Origin: Phoronis australis
Lineage: Eukaryota; Animalia; Phoronida
Reading direction: 5' to 3'
Length of the DNA: 64,000 nt
Assembly (NCBI GenBank): GCA_002633005.1
Contig: NMRA01000024.1
Coordinates: 1,207,903 to 1,271,902 of the forward strand
A program made the position numbers and the translations under genes. The notes under the pieces were generated by a model. That model was not told the origin of the DNA. It worked only from the letters and a program-made list of their open reading frames with translations, and searched no databases. Below, in pieces: positions 37,901 through 50,599 of the stretch (position 1 is its first letter; every line of letters begins with the position of its first letter).

Positions 37901-38229
37901 TGAGTGTCGATTGACTCCCAGCTTTAGCATGCATCCCAGCCGGTCGTTAGCTCTACATGTTGATATGTTAGTTTCACGACGACGTGAAGAGCAAAACTAC
38001 TTTGCGGTGTGAAATTTCAACGTCTATTGGAGCTCAACACACGGTGGTTCCTAACCAGCCAGCTAGCTGTAAGACAATCGCAAAGTACAGCCAGGAACCA
38101 CAGCGTGTTAAGTTATAATTAACCTCGAAATTTCAAACCGCCGGATAGCTCTGCTCGTCACTTCGTAAAACATATCAACATGTGGAGCTAACGACCGGCA
38201 TGCAAATCTTTGGAGTCAACCGACACTCA
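37901..38229. mobile_element. Palindromic MITE interrupting the Academ remnant
   Basis: TGAGTGTCGATTGACTCC...GCCGGTCGTTAGCTCTACATGTTGATATGTT mirrors AACATATCAACATGTGGAGCTAACGACCGGC...GGAGTCAACCGACACTCA; arms run >120 bp. Confidence 0.85.
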
Positions 38230-40248
38230 CCCGTTGCAGCTGTTTAAGTGAAGAAAAATCTGATAAACGCCATTTCGTTGCACAATTCTCCGCATTTTGT
38301 AACAAAGAAAAACCTAGCGCAGTTTTAAAAACAGTAGGGTGGTGTAACGTCCATGCACCATTTGCTAATTAATTTTTGTCGGACATCTCTCGAGAGATAA
38401 GGAAATAGCGTGCAAGTTCCAATTTAAAGCAAGCAGGTGAAAGTTTTTGTTTAGTGTAAAGGATTTTGCAATTGTTGGCCTCATGCAGCCCATGCTCTCT
38501 TTTACCGTAACTTGTTTCACAGAATCGGAGGAACATGTAAATAGTTAAATTATTTATTGTTAGGTGAACAAGATCGTCATTAATTGAACAACAGCTGGTT
38601 ACAATTTACAACTCAAGATGCTGTGTGCATGTGCAATAAGCATGACTTGCAAAAAGCTGTCTCAGAGAAGTGCACAACAGGTTCATCAATGAAAACACAC
38701 TTTCATGTATGTTTCTATGCTCTCCTGCTTGACTTTTCGTAATTCTGTCCTTGGTACTTGGCGAAATAAATTTCACCTAGTATGTTGCTCTGCCATCAAG
38801 TTTGTTACTTGACGAAAAATTTTCGCTGATTACGTTGCTCCGACACTTGTTTTTTCCGTTTTTATTTGTTTGCACTCTATAGGTCGCATTTTGTGACCAA
38901 TTCGTACGAGTTGCACAAAACCTGTTTATCCGGAAGACCTTGAAGCCTATTGATTTTGGTCAAAATTGCGGACCTGGCGGCCATTTTGTTTTGTAATTCA
39001 GATTCAAAGGCTCGTAGAGGCCGTAATTCTTGACGTTCACGACTGAAAATCAGTACGGTTATTGTACCAACCGTCTTCTATTCATGTGCTGGTAATCATT
39101 TACTTCTGGTCCAAGATCATGAGCTGAAATATCGGCAGTTGAGCATGCTCACCTCGATTTAGGGATGAAAACGTTTTGTTTTGTAGGCTCAATTGCTTCG
39201 AAAATTCAGTTGATTTGACTTTTTGCATATGGATTTTCTGAGGTATAGTCTTTCGAATGACTGACAACATTTTTGGTCAAACTTACCGTTTTTGAGTTAT
39301 TTGTCTTAGAATTTCAAAAAATACAAAATTTTTCGAAAATTTTACGGAATTTTATAAATCTACATCGTTAGATAGAGCCTGGAAAGGGCGTCCAAGAGAT
39401 TTTTTCCATTTTCCTCTAGAACGTCTACTCTTTGAATTATTTGAGATTTTCTGATAGCGCTGTTCCTTTGTTTCAAATAAACACAGAAAAATCAGAAACC
39501 CCAACTGGGAATCGAACCACAATCACTACTGAAAATTTTAAGAAATTGTGTGAGACTAACTTTTGGATACAATTTTGGACTGTCTTTCAGAAGATGTTTT
39601 CTATTTTTCGCTAGGACGCCTACTTTTTGATTTATTCGATATTTTCTCATGATGCTGTTCCTTTGTTGACTGATTTTGTTACACTTTTGTTGGTTTACCT
39701 TCTATTGAACATGACAATAGCCTATTTCTTACACATTTCTGACATCTTCGTTCGTCATATGAATATTACCATCATGTTCACCATCGCCACCAACATCATC
39801 GTCGTCATCATCTTTATTGAGGCTCAGGCCTTTTCAGTTAAATTTTTCAAGTGTCGCAACTCCGAGAGCTTTCATAGAACTTGTTTGTGTACCATTTTGA
39901 GCCGCAGACTAACGGTAGTTTTCTTTTAGTTTTGTTTGATTCAAAATAACGAAAAACTGATTGTAGCACCATTGTATGTGACACTTGCGTTATAAGGAAA
40001 CCAGTTTTTGGACGTTTCCAGGGTCTGGCGGCCTCATGACTAAAGTCAGTGATGTTTTTTAGGTTGTCTGCAGTTAAAACCACGAGGGAAATTTTTTATA
40101 GTTTAGAGGAGAAAATTTTTACCTAATGAGGGGTATTTGCTAAGCGTGGGTTTTTAAATATTTTTGAAAGTGGAATTGGGCTGATATTCGGCCCCAATTA
40201 CGTGTAGGAACCAAGGTTCCTGCGTAGTTGGAAAAACGCCATACTCAC

Positions 40249-41178
40249 AGCTAGACTGCCCCCAACTTCTGGATTGGTGCCCACTAAAGGTGGCAATGGA
40301 CTCATGGTGGCTGTCCCGTCAAGTACAGAGAGATCAAGAGAAAAGCGCCAAATGTTATTGTCAGAAAAAACAAGGATTTCATAGGCAAAGCAGTGTGAAC
40401 CAAAGAACCTAAGGGCAACACAATACTAGACACACGACTCACTATAGGTAAAACGTCCATAGGGTAGTGTCACGTACGTCATCAAGGTGCTTGCTACGCC
40501 ACTGCGCAGACCCTTCACCACAAATATGTATAACATGATTGATACGGATTTTCGTGATAACGTTTTAGCAGACAAGTGTTCTGGAGTCTCCTTATCAACT
40601 CCAAGAATTGGCGAATTCTCGTCCTTATCTACATTAGTTGCATCAGAATTTCCTTTCACTTTGCGATCTGTTTTTGATGATCCTTCTTCCTTGCTTTCAG
40701 CCACGAAAGTTTCATTGGGTATTACACTGCCTTTTTCCGATGGAGGTGACGATGAATCGCAATCACGGAGGAAAACGTGAATAACAAGACAAGCCGCACA
40801 AAAGGCAACACAACCTGCTGCTATTGAAATGTATGCTTCAATTGAGATAGATGATGTTTTCTACAAAACTTCCACAGAACTGTATGCGGTGGTAGAGGAA
40901 CAGTTGCTTTCCGAGTCATTTGCCTTACCATATTTGTGTCTTTTCCTTGTTTAGGCCCAAAAACACTTCCCTGTATATGTAAAATACATTCAAAGACATT
41001 GCAATCGAAATTAGCTCCAAGATAAAACAGACACACTCTTTTCCACTGGAAATATACCGACACATGTCAATCCTCAAATAAATTTGATTGATCGAGGAAA
41101 AACCAAGGTCACATAAATAGCTTGAAATACAATACTATACACCATAAATGACAGTTCTTGTACGCCAGAACATGATAT
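40249..41178 (-). pseudogene. SLC52-family pseudogene (copy C), inverted and 5'-truncated
   Basis: Minus strand IMFWRTRTVI..YSIVFQAIY...FI*GLTCVG...IQGS...IMLYIFVVKGLRSGVASTLMTYVTLPYG...TMSPLPPLV...GGSLA|gtgagt, with the same donor position as copies A and B; has stops and frameshifts. No terminal exon found. Confidence 0.88.
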
Positions 41179-42486
41179 CCTGATTTAAGTTGGAGTGTTT
41201 AGACAGTCTGAATTCACTGTGTCTCTTTTCCTATGCGAAGGCTTGGATTAAAAACAGCTGATTTGGTGTACTTTTTAAAGTATCCGGCTGCACTTCTGAA
41301 GATGGAAAATTGACTTTGGAATCAGTTTCAATAGACTTTTTACAGGCTCTTTGAAGTCCTTGTTCTAGATCACTGTTCATGTTTCAGATTTTGTAAATCC
41401 TGGGAGACAGTCTGTTCGACATGCCAAGGTCTGTTTTTTCAAGCCCAAAAACTGTGCCAATTTGCATGCCACCTTTGGGCATTTAGTTGAAACAGTGCCT
41501 CTAGCGACTGCATCACTTACATCCTATGTATACAATCATGAAGAGACATGGCAAGCGAAATCTCGTCAAAATAATCCTCAAAAAGTACCATCTCGCAACG
41601 TCTTCCAGAAAAAATGACGATTTTTGAAACACGTGCAAAAGAAAAATTGTAGTAACAACATAGTTTTTAATCTTCCTCCCACCATGAATGCGCGAATGCG
41701 CTCAAAGTCATTCGACAAACAGCTAAGTGACAAGGTGAATATCAACGGCAGACTATCACGTTTGATTGCATTCCGAATCTGAGGTCGATAGCAGAATATG
41801 AGACAATTTTTTCAGTGGTCATTCCAAGTGCACTTAAAGAGAAGATTTGAACGCTATGACACTTTTATAACTAACTTCAAACAGTTGGGACTGCTACCTC
41901 TTAAAAGAGAATGCCACCCAAAAAAACAACCTATATTGGATCAATTTAGGTCGAATAACTCGATAACAGCAAGTACAGTTCTTTGATGGCCGACGGAGGT
42001 GTTGAAAATAACCAATGACGTCAGAGGTTCGAACGTAGTCTGTTCAGCATTTCCCAAGTTACTCGCCTACTGGTGTCAGCTTATCGCTTGAATTCATCAC
42101 ATTACACCAATAAATCGTCAAAATTTAATGTAAAACCCTTACAAATACATAGAGTTATTGAACAAACTTGTTGTTTTATTTCGCCCTTAAGGATGTATAG
42201 GTATTTGAACATACCGTAGCCTACAAAGTTCGGTAGGCCAATTTACCAAGGTCGGTCGCGGAAGTTTGGGGTCTTTTCGGTGAAAATTCGAATCATTCGT
42301 CGATGAAATACAAACAGGAGAACATAGCTATGTGTTTTTTAAAATTTTAGACTTGCAGTTGTTTAGTTCTATACAAGCAAAACACTTGTTATCCTGGCCA
42401 GTGGCTCGGAACCCGATAAAGCCCGTCGGGGCCGGACTGAAGACATCACGAACATAAACCAGCCAAAGATGGAAACTAAATAGTGT

Positions 42487-42616
42487 ACTTACCTCTGACA
42501 TCTTGTCTGTTTGGCGGGTGTCACGTGACTTTTCGCAAAGGGGCGGAGCTTGCGATAAGTCAATTGAATGTCAAGTGACCAAACGTCTTCCACCCATTAC
42601 ACCATTTGGCGGGAAA
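42487..42616 (-). promoter_or_regulatory. Orphan promoter-like island with a micro first exon
   Basis: TTTGGCGGGAAA (42605-42616), GGGGCGGAGC (42540-42549), GTCACGTGAC (42520-42529), TTTGGCGGG (42510-42518), then minus strand AAG ATG TCA GAG|GTAAGT (42501-42487). Confidence 0.55.
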
Positions 42617-42924
42617 CTTGGAAATAACTAATTTTCATCAAAATTAAAAATTTCGATACCGTGTTTGGCAGAAAAAGAGCTTATTTAGTTAGATTTCATG
42701 ATATTCATTTCAACTAACTGAAACCTCAAAAGTGAAGAAAATACATGAAAGGAACGCTCAAAGGAGAATTCGTCCCGATTTGATTAGTTTTTGTTACCGT
42801 CTTAATCGGTCTATATCCTTATCACCTCGTGTACAGTCGATCTCAACTCCCTGAAAGGTGTCGCGTTAACCTGTAAGGAAGGTTAGTACACAACGCAGCG
42901 ACATCACTGCTTCTTCAGCTGATT

Positions 42925-43110
42925 ATGAGCATCTTTTGTGTTACATATCGTTACCGCTTGTGCAAAACATGAAGATGAGAGGAAAGTGGGTATCGTTTTT
43001 TCGATTTCCTCGAGAACCCGAAATGATTCAGAAGTGGTTCTCGACAGTAAAGAACGAAATGTACACCGTCAACACCAAGTATGAGGCAGTGAAATATTTC
43101 GTGTCTGTGG
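42925..43110 (+). pseudogene. Decayed THAP zinc-finger coding fragment
   Basis: MSIFCVTYR.. then (frameshift) VSFFRFPREPEMIQKWFSTVK, matching the THAP F-F-P...W motif; partial paralogue at ~26090-26180. Confidence 0.5.
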
Positions 43111-43282
43111 CCGGCATTGTTCTGTTTCAAACTGGGTTAATGTCGTCGTAACCAATTTTCATATAAAACTGAAACAAAGTATCAAAATCTGTCTCAGTAG
43201 GTGTATTTGTGAGTGCAAACGTTTTGAGGAATTAATAATAAATAAACCACACTGAGATACCGGCTTTACATGTAGTAATACT

Positions 43283-43373
43283 AGAAACCTATGGTTCGAT
43301 TCCCAGTTGGGGTTCCTGATTTTTCTGTGTTTATTTGATATATTGCCAACCTCAGCGTCTATATATTTACTAT
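43283..43373 (+). mobile_element. 5'-truncated tRNA-SINE fragment
   Basis: B box GGTTCGATTCC; flanked by tgtagtaa(t/a)act direct repeats; absent at the paralogous site near 26355. Confidence 0.55.
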
Positions 43374-44179
43374 GTGTAGTAAAACTAATTGATCGCCCGG
43401 TGACAGCGCATGCTACTTCAGTGTTCGCTGACAGAAAGCTGTTGTGAAACTATAACCTGGCTTCTCGGCCCCCGACGAGTAAGTAGATTTGCAATTTCTT
43501 GAAAAATTCAAAATAGTCATTATTTCTCTGGTTCGCTAATATAGTCTTTTCGTGACTGGAACGTTAGATTTCAACTTTCGTAGCCGAGTAACCCGGCTCC
43601 TTATGTTCGTAATGCCTCCAGGCCAGCTGAGACGGGCTCATCGAGTTAGAACAGCGTTTTGTGTTTAGAACTGAAAAAAATCGCAAGCCATAGCCTAAAT
43701 AACAACACATGGCTATGCTCTCCTGTCAGTATTTCAAGGAAGAATAATTTTAATTGATCACGGAACAGACTCCAAACTTCACGTGACCGACTTCGGAAAT
43801 TTGGCCCGCTTACCGAACGTTGTAGGCTACGGTACGTTCAAAATTTCTATAAATCCTTAACAGTAAAATAAAACATCTCGTTTGTTTAGAAAGTCAATAT
43901 ATTTGATGATTTATTGGTGTAAAACAATGAGTTCAAGTGATTAGCTGACAACAATAAGCGTCTTGTGAACTGCTGAGCAGACTGCGTTAGAACCTGTAAC
44001 GTCATTGGTTAATTTCAGCACCTCCGTCTGCCGTCTGGTGTCAGGTAAAAAAACTGAGCTTGCTGTTTTCGAGTGGAACTACTCGTTAAGGAGGGAGAGA
44101 GTGAGGGAGGGATGAAGGGAGCGAGCGAGGGAGGGGGGGGGGGGAAGGGGGGAGGGAGGGAGGGAAAAAGAGAGAGGAT

Positions 44180-45895
44180 TAACTTTTATTTTTTTTAATC
44201 ATAAAGAACATATATTGTTATATGACTGGGTGGCCAGCAAAGACGCGGTGCACTAATAGCTAACCAGTGAGTAACAATATATTAGATATTAACAATTAAG
44301 ATGAATAGTACAAACAACAATAGAAAAAGTACTTCTACAATGAAATAAGATTCAAAGTTTATTTAGAAACGCAAATTAAATGTGTTTTACAAAGAATTAA
44401 ACACGGAGACTACTGATACAAGGGAGACCCCACAGTAAGGATAGCAGATGACTGAGATGTAAGACAGGTGATCACGGTTACTTCAATAAGAAAATGCGTA
44501 ACAATGTAAAATGTTACACTGGGAGATTTTAAGATTTGTTTAAAAGAATAACATACTAAGCACTTTTAAGTGTTTAGTATGTTATTCTTTGAAACATAGG
44601 GGAGAACCCATGTAAACTATGCGTGTCGGTTTTGTCTGTTTCATATCTCGGAAGGATTACAGTTGTTTATTGAAATCGGTATTTTGAACATTAATGAAAT
44701 TTTTCTGTTGTAGGTGGGCAGTTTTAGGACAGATCGTTGACTGCATATTTTAGGAAGATTTTATGGTGACTGATGGAGTTGGAAAAAATGTTACCATAAA
44801 GGTAAATAGGCAATTGGTTATGTTTGAATTGAAAAAGAATTTTAGCAAGCTCGGTTAATTTGATTTCCCTGCAAATTAGTTCTGTGCGTGAAAAGAAAAA
44901 GAATTGGTGATGTTTCTGAAAGCTTCTTCAGAAGTTTGAATGTCTTATAATTATTGAACCCCAAAGTGTTATACCAAAATTTAGATGTGATAGTAGAAGA
45001 GCATGTTATATCATCAGGAGTGTGTGTTTGGGAAAATCGTGTTTTCAGTATGGAGAGGACGCCCACAGTTTTGGCAATTTTGTTAGAAATTTCCTGAAAC
45101 ATGCTTGTTCCAGGAAAGAAGACTGTCAACAAAAATACCTAAAACTTTCAATTTTTTAAATCTGCTAATAATTCCATTGTTGACTCTGATTAGAGGAATG
45201 TCAGCTTAGCTGATTTTTTATGGACATCGAAATATTATAAATTTAGTTTTACTTGTGTTGGGCGATAATGTATTGGTATTGAGCAAATCCAAAAATCTGT
45301 TAGTGTATTATTTATTCTGATGGTTTGATCGTTGAGGCTACTATCTTTGTTAAACATGAAAAGGAATTAACAGGCATGTGTCGTCTGCGTATAAAATGAA
45401 ATGTGCCTTGCTGGAAAAAGTGATGTTATTTACATAGTTTAAAACAGGAGAGGGCCTAGAACAGTTCACTGTGGTTCACCTGTAGAAATGTCAAGATGGG
45501 ACAAAGTGACAGTGTGAAGACACGCGAACTGTTTTCTATTTCCAAGGTAGCTTTGAAACCAATAAAAATCGTTATTAGAAAACCCGCAATGTTTTAATGT
45601 TTAAGAGGATATCGTGATAAATGGTATCAAATGCTTTAGAAAGATCCACAAATGCTTAAATTGGGTTCTAAACTTTTTCTAAGATTTGTAAAGAGAAAGG
45701 ACTCAAGTTCAGTGGAGTGGTTGTGTTTGAAACCAGAAGATTGTTATGAAAAAAATTAGAATTGACTTGATCGTGAACCATTTTTTCAAAAAAATTTGGA
45801 AATTGTAGGTAGAATATGTTTTGGTCTATAGTTGCACAAGAGAGTCACTCTTGGTGCCATTACATTTATAAATTGGGAAAATCTTAGCTATCTGC
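44180..45895 (-). mobile_element. 5'-truncated CR1/L2-group LINE (RT fragment) upstream of the SLC52 copy B start codon
   Basis: Minus strand motifs NYRP..ILP.ISK..EK, FVDLSKAFDT, GEPQ*TVLGPLLF, YADDT, KF.LGI; A-rich 3' tail with AATAAA at ~44185. Replaces ~0.4 kb present in copy A (27725-28135). Confidence 0.82.
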
Positions 45896-46021
45896 ATATA
45901 TGTTGGCATTTTGCTTCCGTGTATCCGTAAGCGCGTAACCCGCATCGCATAAGATGCCTCACTTATATACGAGTTATTTGACAAAGACAAATCAGTTGAT
46001 TATCGAAAGAGGAAATCTGTC

Positions 46022-47290
46022 ATGCACCACCAACGCTACGATTTGCTGTTCTTTAGTGTCGTGATTGGCGTCGGGACGTTCATAATGCCAGATTCCATTA
46101 TGGCCGAGTTGCCTGTTCTTGTTCAAAGACTGCCGGAGTACTGGACTCTTCCAACATTTCTTAGTATGGAGTCAGCGATTATGTCAGGTATAGGTGCGCT
46201 CTATTTTCTTCTTGTGAAATGTACAAAGGTTGCGGAAATTGAACACAGAAAAATTCCGCTGGCTTTGGTCATCCTGCAAATCATGAAGATAATACTTTTG
46301 GTGGTTCTTATCATGTTCTGGAATACAACGACTCTCATTAATGGGAAGGAATATAGTATTGTTCTCCAAACTATTTACACAATATTGATTCTTTCTCGTT
46401 CATTTGAATATATTTGGGGATTGACTTATGTCGGAACACTGCCAGCGAAAAGGTGTGTCCCGGGGTTTTATTTTGGACTGACTTTCGGGAGCTCATTGTT
46501 CGGTTGTATCTCTCTCTTGCAAGGTAGTGGAAAAACGGACTGTGCTTACAAACATGGAAACATCACTTTCACGAATATGGAAATTTTGGACCAAGGGAAT
46601 AATTCTGAAAGAAACTGGAGCTCGTCCACTACAAACAGTTCTCTGGAAGCTGTGCACTCAAGACTATCGATTGCAGTTGAAACATACTTCGCAATAGTTT
46701 TGGGTTGCGTTGCATTTTGCGTGTTTTGTCTCTTTGTTCACATTTTTCTTAATGTTTATTGCTCAACGTCATCTCCGTTTGGAGAAGGCAGTGCAATAGT
46801 TGACGAAGCTGCCGTCGATGGAAATTATGAGGAAATGTCATCAGAAATAGACGGCACCGTGAAGCTGCTTGCGACTGACTCTAGGAACTCAACAGACACA
46901 GACATGAATGAAACAACTACGATGCTTGGAGATTCGTCAAAAGAGACGCAAAAACACTCAGACAGTCCCGGGTTATCACGCAGATCCATCTTGCTTATTT
47001 CATACATATTTGTGACGAAAGGTCTGACCAGCGGTGTGACACGGTCCTTGATGACGTACGCGACACTACCCTACGGCCCGTTTACCTACAGTATAGCTCG
47101 GCGAGTTTCTGACATTGTGGGTCCAATCGGCAATTTGGCTTACGCTTTCTTGCCCGTGAAATCTATGAGGTCTCTGACACAAGTATTCGGCGCTTTTCTG
47201 GTGTTATCTCTCTACACGTGCGTGACAGCTAGCATGAGTCCAACGCCACCTTTTGTAGTCACCCATCCTGTCGTGGGTAGCAATATAGCC
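46022..47290 (+). CDS. SLC52/riboflavin-transporter-family protein, copy B, intact first coding exon (423 codons); terminal exon expected beyond the window
   Basis: Uninterrupted multi-TM ORF collinear with copy A; ELPVLVQRLPEYWTLP, LPYG, SPTPP; donor GCC|gtgagt at 47290. Confidence 0.9.
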
Positions 47291-48960
47291 GTGAGTATGA
47301 AATCTCAAAATAAATTCTGGGCCATTCTAAATGGTTTAAATTGACAACTAAATGGAAAATGTTGTTTTGAAATCTACTTGAATATGTCATAAATCCCAGA
47401 TTGTTACTTTTTGTTGAAGATGAGGCACTTTCGTTGCGTACAGCGCATACAAACAGTAATACCAACGACGAGTCGCACTTTACAAGTAGAAAGTTCTAGA
47501 TTCGCGCTTACAGACAATTTGTGCTTACCTCTGTGGATCTGAAATTGTGTGGAGGTAATTTTGGACATTTTTTGAAATCACGGAGACACAGAATGCAAAG
47601 CATACCTCTACTCTTGACATTTTTATTTTGAACGTTTTGGATCATACATGCATGAAAAAATTGTGAGCCCAATCGGACGAGTACGAATTCTATTTACACT
47701 TCCTGAAGCATGAGATCTCGCTAAGTGCAGAACTTCTATTTCTCCCTAGAGTGTTTTTTCAAACCCGTGGTACTTGGACTCACTTAAGGATTGCAATATA
47801 TAACTTGAATGTCTGATATAATTGAAGATTTTAAAAACTACCAATCAAGCTTATAGTGAAGAATTGAAAACAGGTTGGCCTTCGACACATGAAAAACGTA
47901 ATTGGTTGTTGTTTACCTTCACTATCTACTTAAACCTTGACGTCATTTATCTAAGAAAGTTTAAGAAAATCCTTTGTTAAAGAATTTTTATCCATTGCGA
48001 GATTTCCTCTAGTGCTTCCTAGTTCCGGGGTTACTCTAACAGAAGAGGTATGCGACGGGATGACTGAGGACCAGTTTCCCAATTAAAGCGTACCTTTTCT
48101 GACTCTGTCTGAAAGGGTTCAGTTTTGGGGTTCGAAACTCTACAAAAGGGTCACTCCTTTCAAAACACACGCGACAAATCTGTGCAAGGGTTTTCAGTGT
48201 TGTTTATTTTGACTCTGTTGCATGACATCTCAGGCGTAATTTATAAACTGAAGTGTTCAAAAATGACTGCGAAAATGATGACTATTATGGAATTTCCTCT
48301 ACAAAAGTGTAGCTTTCGGAACGAAGCCTTATAAAAGGGTAAGCTTGTCACGGAAAATCGTTACAGCTGGGTTCCTGTTTTCGGAGTCCACTGTTTAAAA
48401 GAGAGGACATCCTATTCTTTCCGCTGCACCTCCCACCAAAACAAATTAATCGAGGACCCCAAGGAATTTAATTTTACCAATCCTGACAGCCGTGACTGTA
48501 GCTTGAAGTAGCCCCTTTACTACACTCGTCTCGGTAGAAATCAATTTTTTTTACTGTCCAGACAAGCTAAGCACACGTTCACAAATAGAAACAATCCAAG
48601 TTCACTGAACCTGCAAAGTCCACCAAACCTGACGTAATCTTGCAATTTAATCCTTTGTGAGTGCAAATTAGCCGTGGCTGCAACATGATTAGAGAAACAA
48701 TTTTTTTAAAATCTCAATTCTAAGTAAAAAAAATTACTAAAAAAACGCATATCTCGTACAATAATAACGAAAAGTAAACAAGAAAAATGAATTTGGTGAG
48801 GAAATGCATTCACCTTTCAGAAACTATATACTTTGTAGGGTTAAAGCTAATAGAATTTAAGATATTTGCACATAAATACAACCTGGTAAACAAGGTTCAC
48901 AGTTACCTTAATTCTTCAGACTGATCACGTAACACGAGACAAATCCTACGGTAACATTTG

Positions 48961-49706
48961 CAGCCAATTTCATTGACGTGATTTAACAAAACCGGAATTA
49001 AGATTTATCCTAGTCTTTCTAAACTTGGTCTAAATTTAAACCTAACTTACATTTCACCAACGTGGTTAAAAGTTTGAAAGCCAGGTTATGCTAAAGCAGG
49101 GAGTAGTTCAGTAAAACCAGGTTTAAATTATCCAAGGCATAATACTGTGCCAAGCGGTATTAACCCAACAAAGAAACTATTGAAGTGCTTCAATGGAACT
49201 GTGATTATGTGGGTATCAACGCACAGTTGTATATAGGATCAGAGCAGACAATACTTTTAGTGGCTCTCATCAACAAAATGAGACAGAAAAAACCGATGTC
49301 ACAGACAACAAAATCATGTTGTCTGTTTTGTCACTCGGAGTCGGTTTTTGAAGTCAGTGTCGTCGATAAAATTGAAAATAGTTAACTCTCCGTTTTTCAG
49401 CTGCACGGAGAACACGTGTATATCGTGCAAGTCTGAGTCAGTCACCTTTAATAGTTTCAAACCTGGGTCTTATCAGGTCTAAAGTTAAACCTGGTGTAAG
49501 GTCTCAGCACAGGTCTAAGAAATTTTGACCGCGGTGGTGAAACAAAAAATGTCTTAGACCAGGTTTAAAGTGGAGTTGAACTAGGTTTTACTAGACTAAT
49601 GGTCTAAAAGTTAAATCATCCTAACGAAATGCGGATTATCTTTAAACCTGGTCTAACTTCACTTTAAACCATGTTTAACTTTTAACTATCTTGATGAAAT
49701 TGGCTG
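48961..49706. mobile_element. MITE with 12-bp TIRs and internal AAACC(T/A)GG repeats
   Basis: CAGCCAATTTCA (48961) / TGAAATTGGCTG (49695-49706). Confidence 0.6.
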
Positions 49707-50599
49707 TTGGTGTTTTGTTACTCCAAAGCCCAGCTATTAGCCAGATTGTGACCAAGGTGTGTACTACATTCCTTGCTGTCACATAATCGATTCACATATT
49801 AATGGTTGTTGCTTGCCGCGATTTTGAAGGAAATGAATTCGCTAATTTCTCATATGATGCCTCGATTTGAAAAAATAGAAGCGGCTAATAATTACTTTCC
49901 ACTTTTAAAAGCAGTCATGCTGGTCTTATGCCTTACTTATTGTTCAGTTTTTTACTTTGAAACTCGTACGCTAAGTACAAGGTGTTCCATTAAATTTGGA
50001 ACCCGGGTGTAAAACAGATATCCCGGAGTCGAAAACAGACTCCGCACCTTCAAAGCAGCTAACCAACCGGAAAAACACTAATCCCTACCTTTAAAACAGG
50101 AGCTCCGGGGATCGGACAAGAAACCCGGGGACTGAAATACCACACCCACACATTTTGACAAACATCTCAAGAAAATAGAGTATGAATGCATTGAGTTCAA
50201 AAATTCCGATTCCAAATTCCGTTTAATGATCGATGAGGAGCTGGAGTGTTCTTTTTGACTGCAAAAACGGTGAAATTGGTGACTCTATCATCAAACCTGT
50301 GACGTGCCGAGGACTTCGTCGGATACTCTGGGGTAAACGCTCTCTCGTACACCGGCGTGCAAATTTTGTTGGCTTAAGATTTGTGTAATGAGTGCTGAAA
50401 AACCAATGAAAACAATAAGCGTGCAACTTTGAGCTTTAAGTCATCCTTTCAGTAGCATACAATGTCCAAAGTGTCTACCAAATTAAGTACTGACTAAAGA
50501 ATGCAGAAACATGAGCAGTCGCCAGGTGATTTGATGCTCCGTAAGTTACATCATTTCAATCGTATTCATGTCAGGTGAAATTTTCGTCAGATAACAATT

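Noticed and set aside
44090-44176. G-rich purine tract as a functional G-quadruplex
   Set aside because: Simple (GGGA/GA)n low-complexity sequence at a LINE tail, absent from the paralogous copy.
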